This document shows, one piece after another, positions 58,366-64,000 of a stretch of DNA of 64,000 bases. This DNA comes from an uncultured Pelagibacteraceae bacterium (GTDB taxonomy: Bacteria > Pseudomonadota > Alphaproteobacteria > Pelagibacterales > Pelagibacteraceae). The stretch covers positions 4,845 to 68,844 of the forward strand of contig CAJQRW010000003.1 of NCBI GenBank assembly GCA_905612415.1, written 5' to 3'. The notes below the pieces were generated by a model that was given only the letters and a program-made list of their open reading frames with translations, was not told the DNA's origin and searched no databases. The position numbers and the translations under genes are program-made. Each line of letters opens with the position of its first letter. Position 1 is the first letter of the stretch.

Positions 58366-58992
58366 TTAAATATTAAAGCTTACTTTAATACCGTCGATTA
58401 TAAACTGTGTTGCTAATGCAGCTAGAATAAAAGCAAATACTCTAGATGTAGCATGTAATATTTGTGGAGGTACATACTTTGTTGAAAAATTTGTTCCAAT
58501 CATTAAAAACAAACTTACAATTAATGCAGCTATTAATCCAAAAATAACAATCATCTGCGATTCAATTGAATCAGAGTAATTACCCATCAACAGTATAATT
58601 GTTGCTAATGTAGAAGGTCCTGCAATAAAGGGTATTGCCATTGGGAACACAATAATTTCATCAAAGTTTTTTTCATCAAGAGCTGTTTCTACTTTTTTTT
58701 CTCTTCTAATTTTTCTTTTCTCAAACAATATATCTATTGCTATAAACATAAGAATAATTCCACCAGCTATTTTTAACGAATCTAAAGAAACACCGATTGC
58801 ATCCAGCAAATATTTACCCAAGTAAGCAAATAGTATTGTTATTAAAAATGCTATAATTACACTTTTTATAGCTATCTGGTTCTTTTTTTTTATATCAGCG
58901 CCTTCTGTTAAACTAATAAAAAAAGGAAGGTTTCCTATGATGTCAATAGTGATAAAGAACAAAATAAAGGAATTAAAAAAAATTGCTGACAT
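58366..58992 (-). CDS. MarC family (UPF0056) integral membrane protein
   Basis: 208 aa with 6 TM helices. The pattern is IDIIGNLPFFISLT ... FPMAIPFIAGPS. Confidence 0.82.
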   Translation of the reverse strand: MSAIFFNSFILFFITIDIIGNLPFFISLTEGADIKKKNQIAIKSVIIAFLITILFAYLGKYLLDAIGVSLDSLKIAGGIILMFIAIDILFEKRKIRREKKVETALDEKNFDEIIVFPMAIPFIAGPSTLATIILLMGNYSDSIESQMIVIFGLIAALIVSLFLMIGTNFSTKYVPPQILHATSRVFAFILAALATQFIIDGIKVSFNI

Positions 58993-59013
58993 AGTGTTAT
59001 TTCATATATTTTA

Positions 59014-59562
59014 ATGGCAAGAATATGGTATAGAGAAAAAATGAATTCAGTGTTTGTAAATAGAATTATAAGAGCCTGCAAGCTTGACGTTAGTTTATAT
59101 GAAGAAGTTGAAGCTGATCAATCAGCCACTCTCCAAGCTGCTCTTGTTGTAATTCTTTCTAGTATTGCTGCAGGTATTGGAGCTATATCACTTGGTGCAT
59201 CAAATTTTTTTATTGCACCATTATTATCTCTAGTTAGTTGGTATATTTGGGCTTATTTAATTTATTTTATTGGAGCTAAACTTTTTCCCGAAAAAAATAC
59301 GGAAGCAGACCACGGTCAACTTTTAAGAACTATAGGGTTTTCAAGTGCACCAGGATTAATTAGAATATTTGGTTTTACACCTGAATTGATGAGCATAACA
59401 TTTATTGGCTCAGGTATATGGATGTTAGTTGCAATGGTTGTGGCTGTAAGACAAGCCCTAGATTATGAAAGTACATGGAGAGCAATTGGAGTTGTCGTAA
59501 TAGGTTTTTTAGTTCAAGCTTTTGTTTTAATTATGATTATAAGAATTTTTGGACCAGCTTAA
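59014..59562 (+). CDS. Yip1-domain membrane protein
   Basis: 182 aa with an N-terminal LDVSLYEEVEADQSATLQAALVV followed by 4-5 TM helices. The start could instead be Met10 (59041). Confidence 0.7.
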   Translation: MARIWYREKMNSVFVNRIIRACKLDVSLYEEVEADQSATLQAALVVILSSIAAGIGAISLGASNFFIAPLLSLVSWYIWAYLIYFIGAKLFPEKNTEADHGQLLRTIGFSSAPGLIRIFGFTPELMSITFIGSGIWMLVAMVVAVRQALDYESTWRAIGVVVIGFLVQAFVLIMIIRIFGPA

Positions 59563-59711
59563 ATTGGAAAAATAGTTTTTGATATTCTACAAGATTCACA
59601 AATTTTATATCCATACATAATTAAGTTTTGAGAAACGCTCTCATTTTCTTTTTTACATTCTTCGCAAAAATTATTGAATTCATCTTTATTATTCTCAATT
59701 TTATTTTTCAT
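59559..59711 (-). CDS. Small zinc-ribbon protein (50 aa, CxxC-x18-CxxC), missing from the ORF track
   Basis: My translation: MKNKIENNKDEFNNFCEECKKENESVSQNLIMYGYKICESCRISKTIFPI. AGGAG lies 7 nt upstream of the ATG. The ATG overlaps the TGA of the upstream gene (ATGA). Confidence 0.6.
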   Translation of the reverse strand: MKNKIENNKDEFNNFCEECKKENESVSQNLIMYGYKICESCRISKTIFPI

Positions 59712-60289
59712 ATAACTTCTCCTAAAAAATCAGGTGGTGAAACGCTAGTAGTCATCCAACAACCTTTTAAATCACCCTCAATTTCAACTTTTTCAATTTG
59801 CCAAATATAGGAATACCTTTTTTTATCACTTGAGAGAATATAAATTTTATAAACTAATCTATTTGCATCTTCGCTTAAAATTGTAATTTCGCTATTTTCA
59901 TGTTTAATTAACATTTGATAACTTTTACTATAAATCATTTTCTTAAATTTTTCTAAAGGTCCTGTTACTCTTTTATTATTTGGATGAGCAAATTCCCACA
60001 CTTGTTCAATGCCAGCATCCTTAAATGGAATATTATTCCTTTGAAGAGAATTTAACTGAATTGATATAACGTCAATTGGTTTTAAAGATATATTTGGTTT
60101 AGTTAAGGAAGGTGAATAATTGTCATAAAGTCTTAAAGATCCCAAGCTAGCAACAATCAGAACAACACTAATTAGAGAAAGTATTTTTATAGGGTATTTT
60201 TTTTTATTAAGCTTCATGAGTCGCATATATAAAAAATACGCTACAAAAGGACCCACTATAGCAAGCAAAAGTATAATCTTTTTAGTCAT
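59708..60289 (-). CDS. Membrane-anchored DUF4864-like (NTF2-fold) protein
   Basis: 193 aa with an N-terminal TM helix. The region IQLNSLQRNNIPFKDAGIEQVWEFAHPNN...FKKMIYSKSYQML fits the DUF4864 pattern as I recall it. Confidence 0.65.
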   Translation of the reverse strand: MTKKIILLLAIVGPFVAYFLYMRLMKLNKKKYPIKILSLISVVLIVASLGSLRLYDNYSPSLTKPNISLKPIDVISIQLNSLQRNNIPFKDAGIEQVWEFAHPNNKRVTGPLEKFKKMIYSKSYQMLIKHENSEITILSEDANRLVYKIYILSSDKKRYSYIWQIEKVEIEGDLKGCWMTTSVSPPDFLGEVI

Positions 60290-60354
60290 TTAATTTTGTT
60301 GACGTATTATATCCTTCCATTTAGTAATTACATAATTTTAATCATATTTATTTT

Positions 60355-62787
60355 ATGAAATCAAAAGCTAAAGTTGTCGTAATAGGAGGAGGAGTGGTTG
60401 GAGTTAGTATGCTCTACCATTTAGCTAAAAAGGGTTGGTCTGACGTTGTTTGTGTTGAAAGAAAAGAATTAACATCTGGGTCAACTTGGCACGCAGCTGG
60501 ATTATTGCCTCTATTTAATATGAGTTACTCCGTAGGACAGTTACATAAGTATGCTGTTGATTTTTATAAAACTTTAGAAAAAGAAACTGGTAAAAGCGTT
60601 GGTTTTAGCGTGGTTTCAAATATTCGTTTAGCTAGTACAAAAGATAGAATGGATGAGTATCATCAGTATGCAGGCGTTGCCCAAACTATTGGAGTTGATG
60701 TAAAATTTTTAAAACCCGAACAAGTAAAAGAAATTTGGCCTTTATGTAATATAAAAGATTTAGTAGGAGCTATTCAACACCCTGAGGACGGATACATTCA
60801 GCCAGCAGATTTAACGCAAGCTTTAGCTACAGGTGCCAGAAATAGAGGGGCAGAGATTTATAGAAACACTGCAGTAATCGGAATCAAACAAACCAAAAGT
60901 GGTTGGGCTGTAGAAACAGATAAAGGAACAATCGAATGTGAGCATGTTGTTTCATCTACTGGAAATTTTGCTAGACAAACTGGAAAAATGGTTGGTCTTG
61001 ATATTCCTGCGATTCCTGTGGAACATCAATATATAGTTACCGAACCACATCCTGAAATTCAAAAAAGAAAAAAAGATGGCTTACCAGAAATGGGAGTACT
61101 AAGGGATAGTGACAGCAGATGGTACATGAGAGAAGAAGCTGGGGGATTACTTTTAGGTCCTTACGAAGATGGAGCTCCAGCTTGTTATGTTGACGGACCT
61201 TCAAAAGATTCAGAGTATGAATTGTTTCAAGAAGATCTAGATAGACTAGCTCCACATATAGAAGGTGCAATTCATCGTGTTCCAGCTTTTGGAGAGGTAG
61301 GAGTTAAAAAAGTTTATAACGGTGCTATCTCGTATACTCCTGATGGAAACCCAATTGTTGGTCCTGCTTGGGGGTTAAAAAATTTTTGGATTAATGAAGG
61401 GCATAGTTTTGGTATTACTGCAGCAGGTGGAGCGGGTTGGCAACTTGCAGAATGGATAGTTGATGGCGAACCAACAATAGATATGCTTGGCGTTGAACCA
61501 AGAAGATATGGTGACTACGCAACTAAAGCTTATCTTAAAGAAAAAAACGAAGAAGCTTATTCAAAAGTATTTATTATTCATTATCCAGATGAAGAAAGAG
61601 AAGCAGCAAGAACTCTCAGAACATCACCTTGTTACGACAGAATGAAAAATCTTGGTGCTGTTTTTGGTCAAAAATTTGGTTGGGAACGACCAAACTTTTT
61701 TGCGACTGATGGAATGGAACAAAAAGATGACTGGTCTTTTAGAAGATCGAAATGGTTCAAAGCAATAGAAAAAGAATGCAAAAATGTGAAAGAAAACGTT
61801 GGTTTATTAGATATGACTGCATTTGCAAAATGTAGAATAAAAGGACCAGGAGCAGAAAAATTTTTAGATTACTTAGTAGCTAATAAACTACCTAAAAAAA
61901 TAGGAAGAATAGGTTTATGTCACGCTTTAAATACAAAAGGTGGAGTTCATTCTGAGTTTACAATTATGAGGGAGTCAGAAGATAGTTTTTATTTAGTTTC
62001 TGCTGGAGCCTTTCAAAGATTAGACCATGATTGGATATACAAATGGATGCCAACAGACGGAAGTGTTCAATTTGAAAACCTAACTAACAGCATGGGAGTT
62101 TTAGTAGTATCAGGACCAAAAGCCAGAGAACTGATGTCTAGAGTTTCAAAAGACGACTTTTCAAATGATAATTTTAAATGGTTAAGTGCAAAAAATATTA
62201 ATGTTGGAAATGCACCGGTTAATGCCATGAGAGTAAATTTTGTTGGTGAATTAGGATGGGAATTACATCATTCAATTGAATATCAAAACCATATTTTTGA
62301 CAAGCTTATGGAAGCTGGAAAAGATTTAGGTATCAAACCTTATGGGATTAGAGCTATGAATAGCTTAAGAGTTGAAAAATCTTACAAGTTAGTTGGAACC
62401 GAATTATCAATTGAATATTCTCCTTATGAATCTGGATTAGATAGATTTATCCATCCGAACAAAGGAAGTTTTATAGGCTTAGAAGCTTTGAATAAATGGA
62501 GAGAAAAAGGCTTCAATAATAAATTGGTGACTATGGAAATTCATAATATTAAAGATGCAGATGTATTAGGAAATAATCCTATTTATGATAATGAAAAAGT
62601 TGTTGGTCGAGCAACTGGTGGAGATTTTGGTTTCAGATTAGGTAAATCAATAGCTTTAGGAATGGTTACGCCAGCAATTGCGACAACAGGACAAAAATTG
62701 AAAATTGATATTCTTGGAAAAATGTATGATGCTACTATTTTAGAAGAGAGTCCTTACGATCCAGAAAATAAAATAATAAGAGCATAA
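60355..62787 (+). CDS. Dimethylglycine/sarcosine dehydrogenase family flavoprotein (FAD oxidoreductase fused to a GcvT-like THF domain)
   Basis: 810 aa with [11 protein letters not shown] (FAD), [10 protein letters not shown] (the covalent-FAD His context in DMGDH/SARDH) and a C-terminal aminomethyltransferase fold. Confidence 0.9.
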   Translation: MKSKAKVVVIGGGVVGVSMLYHLAKKGWSDVVCVERKELTSGSTWHAAGLLPLFNMSYSVGQLHKYAVDFYKTLEKETGKSVGFSVVSNIRLASTKDRMDEYHQYAGVAQTIGVDVKFLKPEQVKEIWPLCNIKDLVGAIQHPEDGYIQPADLTQALATGARNRGAEIYRNTAVIGIKQTKSGWAVETDKGTIECEHVVSSTGNFARQTGKMVGLDIPAIPVEHQYIVTEPHPEIQKRKKDGLPEMGVLRDSDSRWYMREEAGGLLLGPYEDGAPACYVDGPSKDSEYELFQEDLDRLAPHIEGAIHRVPAFGEVGVKKVYNGAISYTPDGNPIVGPAWGLKNFWINEGHSFGITAAGGAGWQLAEWIVDGEPTIDMLGVEPRRYGDYATKAYLKEKNEEAYSKVFIIHYPDEEREAARTLRTSPCYDRMKNLGAVFGQKFGWERPNFFATDGMEQKDDWSFRRSKWFKAIEKECKNVKENVGLLDMTAFAKCRIKGPGAEKFLDYLVANKLPKKIGRIGLCHALNTKGGVHSEFTIMRESEDSFYLVSAGAFQRLDHDWIYKWMPTDGSVQFENLTNSMGVLVVSGPKARELMSRVSKDDFSNDNFKWLSAKNINVGNAPVNAMRVNFVGELGWELHHSIEYQNHIFDKLMEAGKDLGIKPYGIRAMNSLRVEKSYKLVGTELSIEYSPYESGLDRFIHPNKGSFIGLEALNKWREKGFNNKLVTMEIHNIKDADVLGNNPIYDNEKVVGRATGGDFGFRLGKSIALGMVTPAIATTGQKLKIDILGKMYDATILEESPYDPENKIIRA

Positions 62788-63536
62788 TGAAAATATTAGT
62801 AGCCGTTAAAAGAGTTATTGATTACAACGTACAAATCAGAATAAAAGAAGATGGTAGTGGCATTAATACAGATAATGTTAAAATGTCAACAAATCCGCCA
62901 GATGATAATGCTATTGAAGAAGCAGTAAAATTAAAAGAATCTGGTAAAGCAAAAGAAATTGTTGCTGTTACAATAGGGGAAGAAAAAGCTCAGGAAACAG
63001 TTCGAAAAGCTTTAGCGGTTGGAGCTGATAGAGGTATACATATTAAATCTGAGAATTATATAGAACCATTGGGTATAGCAAAAATTTTAAAAAAAATAGT
63101 AGAAAAAGAAAAACCTGATTTAGTTTTTTTAGGAAAACAAGCTATCGATGATGATTGTAATCAAACTGGGCAAATGCTAGCTGCTTTATTAGGTTGGCCA
63201 CAAGGAACTTTTGCCTCTAAGATTGAACATAAAAATAAAGTTATTGAGGTAACAAGAGAGGTAGATGAAGGTTTGGAGACTATAGAAATTAATTTACCAG
63301 CGATAATAACATGTGATTTAAGACTAAATGAACCACGCTTTGCTTCATTGCCAAATATTATGAAAGCAAAAAAAAAACCAATTGAACAGCTAAATGTAAA
63401 AGATCTTAGTGTTGATATTTCAAATCGAATCCAACAAATAAAAGTAGAAGAGCCTCCAAAAAGAAAAGCGGGAATAAAAGTAGCTAGCGTCTCTGAACTA
63501 GTTAGCAAACTTAAAAATGAGGCTAAGGTAATATAA
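62787..63536 (+). CDS. etfB: Electron transfer flavoprotein beta subunit
   Basis: 249 aa starting [15 protein letters not shown]. The start overlaps the upstream stop (TAATG). Confidence 0.94.
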   Translation: MKILVAVKRVIDYNVQIRIKEDGSGINTDNVKMSTNPPDDNAIEEAVKLKESGKAKEIVAVTIGEEKAQETVRKALAVGADRGIHIKSENYIEPLGIAKILKKIVEKEKPDLVFLGKQAIDDDCNQTGQMLAALLGWPQGTFASKIEHKNKVIEVTREVDEGLETIEINLPAIITCDLRLNEPRFASLPNIMKAKKKPIEQLNVKDLSVDISNRIQQIKVEEPPKRKAGIKVASVSELVSKLKNEAKVI

Positions 63537-64000
63537 TGTCTATTTTATTGATTGCTGAACATAACAATTTAAATTTAAAAGTTTTTACTTTAAATGCAAT
63601 TACAGCTGCATCAAAAATTGATAATGAAATACATGTGCTAGTTGCTGGAAATAAATGTGAGAATGTAGCAAAAGAAGTGTCTGCAATTCCACTAGTAAAA
63701 AAAGTTTTATACAGTGATTCAGAAAATTATGAAAATTTTTTACCAGAGAACTTAACACCTTTAATAGTTAAATTATCAGAATCACATTCACATATTATTG
63801 CTGCGGCTAATACTTTTGGAAAAAATTTTATGCCTAGAGTCGCTGCTTTATTAGATGTGAGTCAAATAAGTGATGTAATTAAAATTAATAGTTCAGATGA
63901 ATTTTTAAGACCTATTTATGCAGGAAATGCATTCGCTAGTGTTAAAAGCAATGATAAAAAAAAATGTATTACTATTAGACCCACTTCATTCGAGCCAGCT
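63536..64000 (+). CDS. etfA: Electron transfer flavoprotein alpha subunit, N-terminal part (runs off the window)
   Basis: My translation from the ATG at 63536: [28 protein letters not shown]...FGKNFMPRVAALLDVSQISDV...RPIYAGNA. The start overlaps the etfB stop (TAATG). Confidence 0.9.
   Translation, partial: MSILLIAEHNNLNLKVFTLNAITAASKIDNEIHVLVAGNKCENVAKEVSAIPLVKKVLYSDSENYENFLPENLTPLIVKLSESHSHIIAAANTFGKNFMPRVAALLDVSQISDVIKINSSDEFLRPIYAGNAFASVKSNDKKKCITIRPTSFEPA

Noticed and set aside
59628-59810. A 60-aa plus-strand ORF from the track, in the gap between the Yip1 and DUF4864-like genes.
   Set aside because: It overlaps the 3' end of the DUF4864-like gene and has no SD sequence. The minus-strand 50-aa zinc-ribbon ORF (59559-59711), which has an SD sequence and ATGA coupling, explains the gap better.
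1-64000. A search for mobile elements, prophage remnants, toxin-antitoxin pairs, defence systems, rRNA genes and CRISPR arrays.
   Set aside because: No ORF shows transposase, integrase, recombinase, Cas, restriction-modification or toxin motifs. No long direct or inverted repeats were visible by eye. The whole window reads as compact chromosomal core plus metabolic accessory genes.

Overview
This is a very AT-rich (about 30% GC by eye), extremely compact chromosomal segment. The gene order is typical of Alphaproteobacteria: DUF1013, then yebC-ruvC-tolQRAB-pal-cpoB-tilS-ftsH-folP-glmM, xseB-ispA-dxs, and rluD-rpoH. I infer a streamlined marine lineage of the SAR11/Pelagibacterales type; no database search was possible.

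I support about 70 protein-coding genes, two tRNAs (Arg-UCG, Leu-GAG) and one clear intrinsic terminator. I found no rRNA, CRISPR array, transposase, integrase or prophage genes.

Bases 1-43,000 hold housekeeping genes: purE; the tkt-gap-pgk-fba block with thiE, efp, suhB and rpmE; zapA; the Tol-Pal system; ftsH; folate, thiamine and purine genes; rpoH; dxs; glyQS; ppdK; nadAC.

Bases 43,000-64,000 look more accessory and metabolic:
- A segment next to tRNA-Leu carries a methyltransferase-like gene, a LysE/ArgO exporter, a racemase, a cupin and a hydrolase.
- A ureohydrolase plus aldehyde dehydrogenase pair follows.
- The most interesting part is a tightly packed divergent nine-gene cluster at 49488-58361. 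One arm holds a Rieske oxygenase, an M24 metallohydrolase, a 2OG-oxygenase-like protein, a class II aldolase-fold protein, a carnitine-dehydrogenase-like HADH, a GFA protein and an FrhB-like flavo-FeS protein. The other arm holds an MTHFR-like gene coupled to a DmdA/LigM-like aminomethyltransferase with a poly-lysine N-terminus.
- A DMGDH/sarcosine-dehydrogenase-type gene and etfBA lie about 2 kb further on.

I read the nine-gene cluster as a candidate uncharacterised pathway for breaking down a methylated osmolyte.

Smaller observations:
- an unannotated 50-aa zinc-ribbon ORF;
- an SMR transporter that lacks the canonical membrane glutamate;
- a divergent RuvC-fold gene without ruvAB;
- five convergent gene pairs whose stop codons overlap in one 4-nt motif.

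All functional calls rest on motifs read from the translations and on remembered family knowledge, not on searches.
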